DNA of 34,639 bases from Octopus bimaculoides (GCF_001194135.2 NC_068981.1:46836292-46870930); one strand, 5' to 3'. Counted from the first letter of the stretch, positions 1-12,402 are shown. Made by a program: numbers and translations. Notes: generated by a model not told the origin, from the sequence alone.

Positions 1-357
1 AATACCTATTGTCATAGGTGCCCTGGGAATGACAGCGAAACGGGTTGATTACTACCTAGCTCAGATACCAGGAAACCCCAAAATGGCTGAAGTTCAAAAG
101 ATAGTGTTCATGGGAACTGCCCATATCCTACGTAAAATACTGTCTTTGTGATCTCAAATTTTAAAGCAAACACATAATTTTCTTATGGTTTCTTAAACAT
201 TCACTTGAACAAAACTGTACAAATCCAAATATATGGTACCCTAGGCATAACACCTACATGAACTTCTAACTTGCTGTCTCTTGAGGTCTCTGGGTGAGAC
301 TTGGATCCAACTTATACAAATGCAAAACAAAAGTCAAACATAAAAAATAATAATAAT
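1..357 (+). mobile_element. 3' end of R4/Dong-like non-LTR retrotransposon (RLE endonuclease C-terminus, 3' UTR, short TAA tail)
   Basis: Frame 2..151 reads IPIVIGALGMTAKRVDYYLAQIPGNPKMAEVQKIVFMGTAHILRKILSL*, the typical PxVIGALG...QKxxxxGTAHILRKxL terminus of R4/Dong ORFs. About 200 bp of UTR follows, ending in AATAATAATAAT (~346-357). Confidence 0.88.
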
Positions 358-1560
358 CCAACCCGGAGGCAAAAAATTGATTACTGCAATGAATATCTGG
401 GCAGTTGCGGTGAACAGATATAATGCGTCCATCCTCAAATGGACTAAAGAGGAAATATCAACACTGGATAGAAGTACGAGAAAGTTGATAACGCTGTATG
501 GGGCGCTACACTTTAAAGCAAACGTAAACAGACTGTATATGAAAAGAAAGAATGGTGGCAGAGGACTACTTAGTATAGATCATTGTATAAGGAGTGAAAG
601 GAGAACGCTTGCCGAGTATTTGATAAATAGTGATGAAGACCTGCAATATGCCGAGAATGATAGGTGTGTAAATTTAGATGAAATGATGGCCAAGGAGTTT
701 AACGAATGAGTTGAGAAGAGAAATGAAAACCTTCTTGAAATGAGAATGCATGGACAGTGTGAAAGGAAAACACAAGACGTTAAAGATAATACAACATGGC
801 AGATATGACTTGAGTGAGGTAATATAAAGGATACCACCGAATACCTAATCGTTGCTGCAGAAGCCCAGGCTCTCGCTACCAATTCAGTGAAGCATAACAT
901 TCATAAAACTCCTGACACCCAGAAATGCAGACTCTGTGGAAAGTGTGTGGAAAATGTGACTCACTTGGAGATGAAAGCCTTGCACAAAAAGAATGCAAGC
1001 GCCGCCGCGATAAAGTGTGTGTGTATCATCATTGACTCTTATGCCGTAAATACCAATATGAAGTGTCGGAGAACTGGTATGAGCAGCACCAAGTAAAGTT
1101 ATGCAGGAGGATGGAAAAGTAACGATACTTCGGCAATATGATTTTCAGACATATCGTGTAATCGAACACCGTCGGCCGGATATTTTGATATTGAATAAGA
1201 GAGACAAATATTGTCATTTAATTGATGTAGCCATAGTAAATGACATGGATGTTGTGTGTAAAGAGGTTGAAAAATTTAACAAGTACTCCGAATTGAAAGT
1301 GGAAATGGCAAGACTGTATGGAATGCGAGAGGGTAATGTAAAAGTGATACCAGTGGTGATCGGAGCGCTGGGCTCAATCCCGTTGAAACTTCAAAACTTC
1401 TTAAGGCAGCTGGAAATCCCATGCAAGATTGACGTCTTTCAAAAAGCAACCTTACTGGGCACAACGCACATCTTAAGGAAAGTATTATCTGTCTGAGGTC
1501 CTTCTTGTGACTTGACAGATCACTAAAGACTCCGCTGCATTTTTTACTTACACTATGTTT
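358..1560 (+). mobile_element. 5'-truncated, decayed R4/Dong-like LINE (post-RT region, remnant CCHC knuckle, PD-(D/E)xK RLE endonuclease)
   Basis: ORF 377..709 has WTKEEISTLDRSTRKLITLYGALH..VNRLYMKRKNGGRGL. ORF 887..1096 has CRLCGKCVENVTH. ORF 1101..1496 has HRRPDILILNK..LIDVAI..KEVEKFNKYSEL..PVVIGALG..QKATLLGTTHILRKVL. Stops and frameshifts lie between the pieces. Confidence 0.92.
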
Positions 1561-1562
1561 CG

Positions 1563-1586
1563 AAAAAAAAAAAAAAAAAAAAAAAA

Positions 1587-1636
<50 letters not shown>

Positions 1637-1745
1637 CAATGATGATGATAATAAAATAACAGCTACTAACGTCAGAATTAAAATCAACGTTAAAATCATC
1701 ACCATCATCATCATCATCATCATTATTATCTTCATCATCACCATA
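1563..1745 (+). repeat. Poly(A) followed by (TAA)n and degenerate (GAT)/(CAT)n microsatellites, forming the tail/target of the upstream LINE
   Basis: Directly visible: A-run 1563-1588, (TAA)n to ~1632, then GAT/CAT repeats. Confidence 0.95.
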
Positions 1746-1839
1746 GCAGCGGCCTCCGTCGCTGCCCTACTTCTTCATCTTCTTTATCAGCGTCATCAAC
1801 AATATTTCGAAAATTAGGTTGATACTATATGATTGTGGC

Positions 1840-1985
1840 AGATGGGGGTGGGGAGGATAAGGAAAATATATACCAAATCCACTAACAAGGCTTTGGTCGT
1901 CGCAACGCTGTACCAGAAGACACCTCCCCAATGTGCCACGCAGTAGGACTGAACCAGGAACAATGTGGGAAGCAAACTTACCATA
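1840..1985 (-). mobile_element. tRNA-derived SINE, head-containing fragment (family A)
   Basis: Plus strand TGCCACGCAGTAGGACTGAACCAGGAACAATGTGG is the reverse complement of a tRNA-like head with a B-box (GGTTCAGTCC). It matches 34005-34043 in this window. Confidence 0.8.
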
Positions 1986-2244
1986 TGGACATATAAAATC
2001 TTTAATATTATGAAGTATATAATTGATTGTAACTTCTCGTAACTATATACAGGGAATTTTATAATAATATAAATATCATACGTATATAGAAAATAGTTCG
2101 ACAAAAAAATATTTTTGCTAAATTTGGTTGATCAGAACATAGTCTGGCAATATATTGTGTGTTATGGAATGAACATTATGTCCATTCAGCTATGTTTCCA
2201 TTTGGAGTATAATAGTTTAGACATGCCATCGTAAATGAGAGTAA

Positions 2245-2459
2245 ACATGCACACACACATACACGCATGCGCGCGCATGCACACACACACATCCTCACAC
2301 ACGCACAAACATATATTGCATATGTGTGTGGGGGTATGTGTGTGTATATATATACATATACATGCATACATGCATACATACATACATATATATGCATATA
2401 TGCAAATGTGCCTATGTCTCTATGCGTTTGTGTGTAGATCTTACTACGTAAGTTTGTAT

Positions 2460-2502
<43 letters not shown>

Positions 2503-2520
2503 GATAAACAGACAAACAGA
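2245..2520. repeat. Compound microsatellite block (CA)/(TG)/(TA)/(TACA)/(TAGA)n
   Basis: Directly visible. It produces the spurious HTHT/CVCV/YLSI ORFs. Confidence 0.95.
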
Positions 2521-3233
2521 TGAAAAGAGTAAAACATGTTTGGAAATTTGTACCCGGAGACTTAACCAATACAAACGTAGGTGTATTTGTCGACAGTTCT
2601 GGCCTTGAATATATCTAATGCACATTAAAATCAACACTTTGTATCTTCGTTAATTTTCCTTTGTCAACGAGCATTTTAATTTTTGTGACAAATATTTACA
2701 TTTGCAATTATTTACTTCTCTTCGTTAACGTATGTAAGTGTATATATGACTGTACAAATACATGCATACATATATTTGCGTCTTTATATGCGTAATTATG
2801 ATAGTTTAAATATTGCTTTACCCAGCAGCAGAAATATGTGCCAATCCAAGTTTACGAAAGAGAATTTACATATGTAATTGCAGTAGTTTTGTACGAATTT
2901 AAATCGAGATAACATCTATAGCTGAAGAATTATAATTCATATGGTGTTGTTTTTCCCATTTAGCAATATTTTACGTGCATCTTTAGTAATTACAGAAGAC
3001 AGTACATAAGACCCATTACGGGGCGTCCAAGACTCCCTGTAAGGGAAAAAGGTTTCAGCAAACTAGATACCGTACACGAATGATTGAAACAGCTTAGTCT
3101 CCTCTAAAAGCACACAGGTTACCCGGTGTTAGTGTTAAACTGGGTGACGTACTCAGTCTGCTATTAAAGTAGGCTATCAAGGAAATTAAAGTCGCAGTAC
3201 AAAAAAAAAAAAAAGACCAAAAAAGGAATTCCG

Positions 3234-3325
3234 CAAGGCGTTCTGGTCCACTTTAAAGTTTACCGCGGCAGGATTTGAACTCAAAACGCTAAGAAGCAAA
3301 GGCCGTGCACCATTTTGTTCAATAC
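3234..3325 (-). mobile_element. Highly diverged SINE fragment (family B)
   Basis: CGGCAGGATTTGAACTCAAAACGCTAAG (~3266-3293) resembles CGGTGGAATTTGAACACAGAATGTAAAG of the family-B copy at 34401-34622 (B-box region). Confidence 0.5.
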
Positions 3326-3810
3326 ATTAATAATGTCGCAGTTGTAATGCAAGCGGATGCACATAAACGTTGATTAATTCACGTAACTGACTCACTAATG
3401 AGATATATGTATATCAATGGATAGATGCAAGAGATAAATGGATTGACGTGAGTATCTGCACATACTAAGTATCCATAGTCAAATGAAAATTGCTCGCAAA
3501 AGCAAAAAGCGAGAAATACTTCAACTGCAGGTTCTGAGTCAGATGGGATATTTTAGAGTTGTTTTCTTCGAAGCTTGGCATCATTGTCCATCAGTCACAA
3601 GTCTAGGTATTTCTACACAACACAATATATATGCATATATAAAAGAAATTGCGGCATAATCACGCGTCTTCTAGCTCATTTCACTTTTGAAAATCACAAA
3701 AATCTGTAAAACCGGTTAAGCCTTTAAAAATAAACCATTTAAAAACTCCTAGTTCATTTTCACCTTCTTTTTTCTGTATTTCTAACCATATGGAATACAG
3801 AAACTCTCTT

Positions 3811-3812
3811 TC

Positions 3813-3862
<50 letters not shown>

Positions 3863-3995
3863 GTCTATCTGCCTCTCTCTCNNNNNNNNNNNNNNNNNNN
3901 NNNNNNNNNNNNNNNNNNNNNNNNNNNNNNNNNNNNNNNNNNNNNNNNNNNNNNNNNNNNNNNNNNNNNNNNTATATATATATATATATATATAT
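3811..3995. repeat. (CTAT)n / (TA)n microsatellites flanking assembly gap 3882-3971
   Basis: Directly visible. Confidence 0.95.
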
Positions 3996-5479
3996 CACCC
4001 GAAAAAAATGAACGCATGAATATGATTCCCCCGATGCCCATGGATACGACGTACTGTACTGTAATCATCCTAGGAATACGGACTATGAGCTTAAGAAATA
4101 TGTGAATTGTGAAAACGTGCGTAGCGATGCATTGAAACATTTATAAATTCCAGACATGGATCATTATTATTATTACTTTATTTCTCCTTCATTATTTCGC
4201 CACAGCTTGGTGCAATCCCAAAATGTAGCCTGCATAATAAAGTAGGAGCTTCTATATGCATATTCAAAATGTTTCCCGTAAAAGGGCTTAGAGGGGACAG
4301 ACACACACACACACTCACACACACATATACAAACTCGCGCGCGCACACAACACACTCAAATTTAATACTGAGTGAAGTTTAAAAGACAATACTCTGCAAT
4401 CTGATTCCCTCGAACACCCCAACACAGTTTAAAGCTGATGTACAAATACATCTCGAGTACGTAAGGATTTATTGGGCATCGTTTTGTCATTGAAAACTGC
4501 CAGAATATTACAAGTCTTTAGAGTATTTCTCCTCATGATCTTAAATTTCTTTAAATGTTACCGGAATTCTTGTCACTTCTACGTCACAACGTATATAAGC
4601 TGGCAGCAAAGGTGCTAGCAAGTCTAGAAACATATGTCAGAATAATATTACTTACAAGTGAATGAGAACATTTCCCATTCCCCTGGAAAATTTTATTTTC
4701 AACTAGAAATGAAATAGATGACAACTGTTTCCATTGGCATACGATAAATTCACCGAGTATGATGTTTAATGTTTGTATCGCGACGGGAAGTAGAAAACTA
4801 CTTTATTTTCCGGCATACAATTGAACGTAGTATAAAGTGTTAACATTTGGTGTATTCATTCACGCGTCTGCACATGGAATTCTTGGCCCTGTAAAGTCGT
4901 TTGAGTCTATCTGTCTACCTACATTTTTGGTTGTATATTTTCATCTGAAAAATTCAACTTGTTTGCCAGAAAATAAGGTAATCGTGAACAGTTTTCATTC
5001 AGCACTGGATGTGCATTTGTACTGCAAAAATGAGGAAAGCATATGATGTATGCTAGCTCATAATTAACAAAATGTCATCACCTGATAGTCAATAAAATAA
5101 CACCGAGACACTCCTTGTAAATTGTACTCTGTTATATTTAATCAGTTTCTGCTGGAGTTTTAAGTACTATATTAATAGTGCACGTTCAATAGCCAGTAAG
5201 TATTCATGTAATCAATTATTATTCATGTTAATTACAGTGCATTGTTAATGTTAACTTATCATTTGTTGCGAGACACAAATGAAAGAAAAGTGCATTAAGT
5301 GCGGCATTTAAGTGCACACTTGTATATATTTGTGCTGAAATTACGCAGTAGCCGCTTTTGAATTTCACCGCTTTCGTTTTGATGAAATATGTACTGGCCA
5401 CATGCGCGGACTACTTCATTGGAAAGTACCTTATAAATAATATGATTTTAAAGGTATCGATTGAAGTACAGAAATGGTT

Positions 5480-6120
5480 GAATGTCTGAATAAAAGTATT
5501 TTCTTCGTCAATATAATATGCACCGATTAAACCCATCAATCTTGGTGGACGAAATATTGAATTTGTCGATTCTTTTACAAATCTAGGCAGTGACATTTGC
5601 AGAGATGGAAAAGCAGAAATTGAAGTCAATTCTAGACTTGGCAAACGATGGCAGTTTTCCAACAATTGAGACGAACACGGTCATGATATTTCATTCACCA
5701 TGATATTTCATTCGTCTATACAAAACTAATATCATTTTTACAGCATCGCACGCTAGTGAAACATGGAGACAGACAGACAGACAAACGGGGTTTACAAAAT
5801 GGTGGTTGATTTTCATAGCCAGTGCCTTACAAATATCTTGAAGATCATTTAGCGTGTTCACATCAGAAACAATGAAATCATGAGAAGAGCTAGCGTAAGT
5901 AAACTGCAAGACACTACAAAGGCTAGACGAAGGAAGCTGCTTGGCCATGTAGTACCTTTACTGAAAGAGAAACTTTCCTGTGAAGTCGTTCCAAAGGCGT
6001 TTGCGGAAAAAACTTGAGGAAGATGGGTATCACCTTGGAAGAAGGGTGCAGTTTGGTTCAGAACGGCACCACTTGGAACACACACATCACCCGATTCCCT
6101 CTGAGTGGATGGGGAAAATT
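5480..6120 (+). mobile_element. Decayed RTE-clade LINE, 3' part of ORF (post-RT region)
   Basis: Manual translation gives IEFVDSFTNLGSDICRDGKAEIEVNSRLGK (~5556-5645), HASETW (~5750), IRNNEIMRRA, KARRRKLLGHVV (~5920-5955) and LRKMGITLEEGCSLVQNGTTW. These match the RTE motifs FxYLGS, YGSETW and RRLRWxGHV. Confidence 0.8.
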
Positions 6121-6133
6121 TACATATATATAT

Positions 6134-6181
<48 letters not shown>

Positions 6182-6303
6182 TCAGTAGCAGCAGCAGCAG
6201 CAGTAGAAATAAGGACAGCAGTGGTGATAACAGTAGCAGCAGTAGTTTAACAAAACAGCAACAACAGCAACAGTAGTGGTGGTGATGGTAGTAGTAGTAG
6301 TAG
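6134..6303. repeat. (TAG)n/(CAG)n/(CAA)n trinucleotide block at the 3' end of the RTE remnant
   Basis: Directly visible. Confidence 0.95.
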
Positions 6304-7362
6304 GAATAATATGTACATTCATTAAGAGAAAATGCCCACCGAAATGAACTGTGTATAAGGACGAGCATAAGATAAAGCTTGGGAGTGGTCGGGCGATTGA
6401 AAAGAAATAAAAAAATGAAACACTCTGTTGCTTGTATAGACTTATAACTGAATTTTATTCAATTAAATTATATCCTGAGATAATTAGAATTTCTCATTTT
6501 CAAACAGTAGAGGGAGACAACTAATGAAAATAATCAAATATAGAATGCAATGGGAATTAATGTAAATGTTTGAAAATCAAGTATTTAATGTACAATATGT
6601 GACGATTTGTGCAGAATATAATAGAATAGATAAAGTAATTTTCTGTTTTACTTCTCTCATTAAACTGGAGGTTAGTTTGCTGATGCGTTCAGATTTCTTA
6701 ATTATTCACACAACACTAAATCTATCTCATTTGCTTTCTGATTGAAAAAAAAAAAATGAATAAATCAATTAAGAAGTTTTCTTTTTCTTTCTCAACCGTC
6801 GTCTTTGTTGTTTCGGATCGTGCAATTAAATATTTACGAATATCTACACGAGCAATTAAACGGAGCTAAATTCATCTTTGGATTTAGAAATATTCAGCTA
6901 CGGAAAACACACCGGAATATTGGAAATATTTTTTTAAATTTTCATTTACATTTTTTATATATTTTGCTCTCTTTAATTTGTGTTGGTGAAACTAAGTAGA
7001 ACAAATATCATTCCAGATAATACGCTTTTGGAAATTGTCTTTCGAAGCACATAAATATTGAGTTGGAAAACTCTTTTGAATGCTAATAGTCGAAGGCTGC
7101 ACGCAGGCAGTGCACTCTGCATGTTAATTAAACATCGCTAGGGTAAGTAGAAAAATTTATGTATCTCGGGGTTGTATTCATAAGTGATGAAAGTCAGAAG
7201 GCTGAATTGGCTGGTACAATTGCCTTCGCTCGTACAGCATTAAGTCTGATCCAGTAGTCGATCTTCAGAAGTGGAGGTTAATACACACATACTCCCCTCC
7301 ACACACCCACACCAACACATACACACATATGTGTAGTTGTATGTATGTACATATATATATAT

Positions 7363-7403
<41 letters not shown>

Positions 7404-7460
7404 TTGTTTGTGAGTAAAAATAAATACAAAAAAGGGTTCTGTATGATCGTGTATAGAGGA

Positions 7461-7983
7461 ATATATTATTTTATTTAGAAGAGTCTCAGCTCTGTCTGTT
7501 TTTTTATGTTTTATTTATATTCTTGTAAAATTAATGTGGGATATAGAATATGGATTATATAATATATAATTTTAAAATGGATGGTACAATGAAATGAAGT
7601 ATTGAATGCCTTATTGAATATATGAAATAGTGAGTGTTCAATATAAAGAATTAAATATATAAATGCGAATACGTATTTTCATACCTTGTGGTATTCATCA
7701 TGGCCTTCGTCTGACAGACTGTAACAGACTGTTATAGTCTGTCAGACGAAAGCCATGATGCATACGACAAGGTATGAACATACGTATTCGCCTTTATATA
7801 TTTAATTCTTTATATTGAACACTCACTATTTCATATATTCAATAAGACATTCAATACTTCATTTCATTGTACCATCCATTTTTATATTATATATTATATA
7901 TTCCATATTCTATATCTCACATTAATTTTACAAGAATATAATAAAACATAAAAAACAGACAGAGTTGGAACTGTTTTAAATAA

Positions 7984-7993
<10 letters not shown>
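7461..7993. mobile_element. ~533-bp near-perfect palindrome (foldback / MITE-like element)
   Basis: Left arm 7461-7727 is the reverse complement of right arm 7729-7993, with a single unpaired base at 7728. A manual count gives ~18 differences over ~266 bp (~93% identity). The right end runs into (TA)n. Confidence 0.9.
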
Positions 7994-8019
<26 letters not shown>

Positions 8020-9079
8020 CAAATGTATACAAACACACGCAAACACATACATAGTGAGAGAGAAAACTTACTTGCAAAAAGGATGCGTGGCGTTCGAACA
8101 TATAATAATATAAATAATATATAAATATATGCATATATCCATATNNNNNNNNNNNNNNNNNNNNNNNNNNNNNNNNNNNNNNNNNNNNNNNNNNNNNNNN
8201 NNNNNNNNNNNNNNNNNNNNNNNNNNNNNNNNNNNNNNNNNNNNNNNNNNNNNNNNNNNNNNNNNNNNNNNNNNNNNNNNNNNNNNNNNNNNNNNNNNNN
8301 NNNNNNNNNNNNNNNNNNNNNNNNNNNNNNNNNNNNNNNNNNNNNNNNNNNNNNNNNNNNNNNNNNNNNNNNNNNNNNNNNNNNNNNNNNNNNNNNNNNN
8401 NNNNNNNNNNNNNNNNNNNNNNNNNNNNNNNNNNNNNNNNNNNNNNNNNNNNNNNNNNNNNNNNNNNNNNNNNNNNNNNNNNNNNNNNNNNNNNNNNNNN
8501 NNNNNNNNNNNNNNNNNNNNNNNNNNNNNNNNNNNNNNNNNNNNNNNNNNNNNNNNNNNNNNNNNNNNNNNNNNNNNNNNNNNNNNNNNNNNNNNNNNNN
8601 NNNNNNNNNNNNNNNNNNNNNNNNNNNNNNNNNNNNNNNNNNNNNNNNNNNNNNNNNNNNNNNNNNNNNNNNNNNNNNNNNNNNNNNNNNNNNNNNNNNN
8701 NNNNNNNNNNNNNNNNNNNNNNNNNNNNNNNNNNNNNNNNNNNNNNNNNNNNNNNNNNNNNNNNNNNNNNNNNNNNNNNNNNNNNNNNNNNNNNNNNNNN
8801 NNNNNNNNNNNNNNNNNNNNNNNNNNNNNNNNNNNNNNNNNNNNNNNNNNNNNTATATATATATATATATATATGGGCGTAAGTTAACTTTGTATATGTA
8901 TGTAACGTGTGTTTAATGCCTGTTGCGTTGTTACGTATATATAGCCTAGGTTCAGGTATTATATGCTTGTCTGGATGTAGGGTATATATTGTCTGTGTTC
9001 AGGTATTATGTGCTTTTGTGGGTGTGCGAATGTTCGTGATGGTGTGTGGTGTGTGTACTGAGTTATAGAATACATATAT

Positions 9080-9130
9080 ATTCTTTTACTTGTTTCAGTC
9101 ACTTAACTGCAGCCATGCTAGAGCATTACC
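9080..9130 (-). mobile_element. Short terminal fragment of SINE family A (3' end)
   Basis: CTTGTTTCAGTCACTTAACTGCAGCCATGCTAGAG (9089-9123) matches CTTGTTTCAGTCATTTGACTACAGCCCTGCTGGAA (31923-31957). It is followed by (TACA)n/(TA)n. Confidence 0.7.
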
Positions 9131-9131
9131 T

Positions 9132-9188
<57 letters not shown>

Positions 9189-9388
9189 TATNNNNNNNNN
9201 NNNNNNNNNNNNNNNNNNNNNNNNNNNNNNNNNNNNNNNNNNNNNNNNNNNNNNNNNNNNNNNNNNNNNNNNNNNNNNNNNNNNNNNNNNNNNNNNNNNN
9301 NNNNNNNNNNNNNNNNNNNNNNNNNNNNNNNNNNNNNNNNNNNNNNNNNNNNNNNNNNNNNNNNNNNNNNNNNNNNNNNNNNNNNNNN

Positions 9389-9438
<50 letters not shown>

Positions 9439-12363
9439 TCCTGCTTGGTTTTTATGTAAACAAGTGTCGTGAAATCGTCACTATCATTTTCTCAACGACT
9501 TTTTTTCTATTATTGTCTTTGATGAAAAGCATAATCAGAAAAATTAGACAGTTTATGTTACTCTCATCTGATATATTTATCTCCATTGTACACAGTGTTT
9601 GGCTGTCGCTTTCGATTCATAGTGCTATGTTTTTGGTTCCACGCATTGTTTTTGAAAAGTTACGTCTATTGTTTAATTATTTCCTTCTTACTTCATAAAC
9701 ATCTCCGTTTTATTTGTATGGTTTTTTTTCTCTATATATTTATCTAAATCTGAAAACAAATTTTCTCCAAACTACCCCCTATCAAATAAAGTCCAATGCG
9801 CAAAAATGTAAATTTTAGATTGTTTTTAGAATTCCAAGTTGATAATATGAAATAATGGCATGAATTAGAATTTCAAACTAAACATAGTTATTCAATCAAA
9901 AGAAAATTAAAATAATTCTCTTTTATATACATAAAATAAATATATGTTACCTACAGCAATACTACTGTTTGAGTATTAATTAATTATAGATGTACCGTAT
10001 TGATTAATTCCACATAAGAAATTGTGATCAATCAACTATCAATGAATATTAGCATCATATGTGAGTATAGGTGTATGTATATACGCATGCGTAAATATGT
10101 ATGCATCTATCTATCTACCTATCTGTCTGTCTGTCTGTCTATCTGTCTATATATATTTATATTAGCATAATGAGAATGAATGGAAATCTTGTTAACACTA
10201 CGGACGAAAATGCTTCCTCATGTAAACACATGACCAAATTCCTTTTTATCAATCTTAAATAATTCTTCACTCCCCGCTTGCTTAGATTTGGTTCTGGTGT
10301 TTTTTTTTAACATTTCTATATATCATCTTTCTCTATGGAATACGATTACCCATCACATCTAATTTACATCACTGTATCTTACACTATCTTGATATCTCTT
10401 TTTATTTAACTTAATTTTCCTTTTAACAATTGGATGACCCACCATATATTGGCCTAACCATTTATCTACCTTTCCTTACACTTCCTTCTCTCTTAATAGG
10501 TCTGTTTTTTTTTTTTTAATAATATCTTTCCTTAGTATATAATATACCTACATATATCCTTTTTGTGTATTTTATTTCATTTTATTTGCATAATGTGTCC
10601 TTTTAAACCCCCTCAACACACCCATTCTAACTAATACTATTTTATGTTACTTCTCACTCTGCCGGATAATTCAATATATTTCACTGCTGATATATGCAAA
10701 CATATATAGTACTTCTTGGTGACCTATATGCCTACAACTATGGATCTTATATGTCATCTCTGTGTGCATATCTATTATTATTGTGTGTTCATTCATTATA
10801 TATTGCCACTAACGCGTATTTTTTTTTAATATGAACGTGTGCGCACATACCTATGTTTCGCATACACACACATAATATATACTAACAATTTTATATGTGC
10901 CTGTACTTATATCTATATGCGCTTGCCTTTTTTCTCTCTTTAAGCCGGTATGAGTATATATGCTCTTATACAATTTCCCTTCCTTTATTCCCTAATCAAA
11001 TAACAATTGTAATTCCTATATCTATGTATACTAATGTTCAAATATTCCTTTACTCACGTATAAGTAAATATGCAAATATTTTTTTCCTTATAAGTTTTTA
11101 TAGGACATTGTGTATAAATATGTTTGTATATATATGTGCACCCCTAACTTCGTAATGTCTCTTGTATTCATAATACACAATACACCACTATTACTTGATT
11201 ATTAGTACAAACCTAATACCACTATATATCCATCGTATGCCAAGCTAGTTCCTTATCTAATATTTTTTATTTATACTTGAACATAGTTATATATAAATTA
11301 AACCCTCTTTTCTCTTTTTTTCTTTAGCCCATTTATTTCCCCTACATTGTTATTTATCCGTGCTCCTACATCCCGTAATAAATCCCTGAGCGCTCTTTCT
11401 TCATGTTTATAGCCACAACAAGTATTTACGATGTAATTGTACTATTAACAACTATTTTTGTGTTTTTACGCATTTTTATATCTTATATTTAATGCATACT
11501 AACGGATATTAGTTCTTATGCAAATACTAGTCCATTTTACGAATCTTATTCTCTCTTTAACCCATTTTTGCCTCTATAACACTTGTTTACATTAACAATA
11601 CAGGAGCTATCTCCTCTGGTTTAAATTGATTCCCATGTATTAAAATTTTCAAATATACACCACACTAAGTATTGTTTCTAACTGTCAGGTCATACCTTAA
11701 TTCAAATATAGCCATGATTTTTCCCTACACGACATATTTGGAATTAGAATTTCCAATCTCCTTACATATCTATAGAGGGAACGTCTCTAAAGCCTCTCTC
11801 ACTTATATTTTCAAATAACCGTCACAGCCTTTAGTTTTAATTAATACCTAACTGGACTCACACATATCTTTCTTTCTCATAAGGATAAATATGAATCTCC
11901 TAGATTCTGTTCAGCTTTTTCCTTTCTGAAGTCCTTTCTAAAACAAATTGTTTATTCTTCTAGCACTGAAGAGTACAGTGATATATAATTAATTAAATCT
12001 AATCTAATTAATTTAATTAATTAATTCTATTCAAATATGAATTTGCATGATTTTATATCGCTGTACAAAACGATCGTCTGCATGAATCAAAATTCTCTTG
12101 TATATTCTCTTCTCCATTTTTATTAAAATTGTTGAGTTTTATGGTATTTCTTTCCATAAATTCACCACACACCACATACAAGTATTATTTTCATATTCTC
12201 AATTTTATGCCACTAAGCTACCAGTAAAATATAAAGAATCTATATTAGAAATCCCTTTTGGGAAATCTCCAAATTAAAGGATGAATCTAATTCAACCCTT
12301 TTACACACACACACGCATATATATATATGTATATATATACACACGCACACACTTTGGTATAAG

Positions 12364-12402
<39 letters not shown>

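Noticed and set aside
3118-3148. 9-10-bp stem-loop GTTACCCGG/CTGGGTGAC in a GC-richer patch
   Set aside because: It needs two G-U pairs, has no recognisable ncRNA context, and is expected by chance in 35 kb.
7700-7760. Possible hammerhead ribozyme at the palindrome centre (CTGACAGA...GACGAAAG)
   Set aside because: The core needs CUGANGA and the sequence has CTGACAG. The GAAA-containing segment is simply the reverse complement of the left arm.
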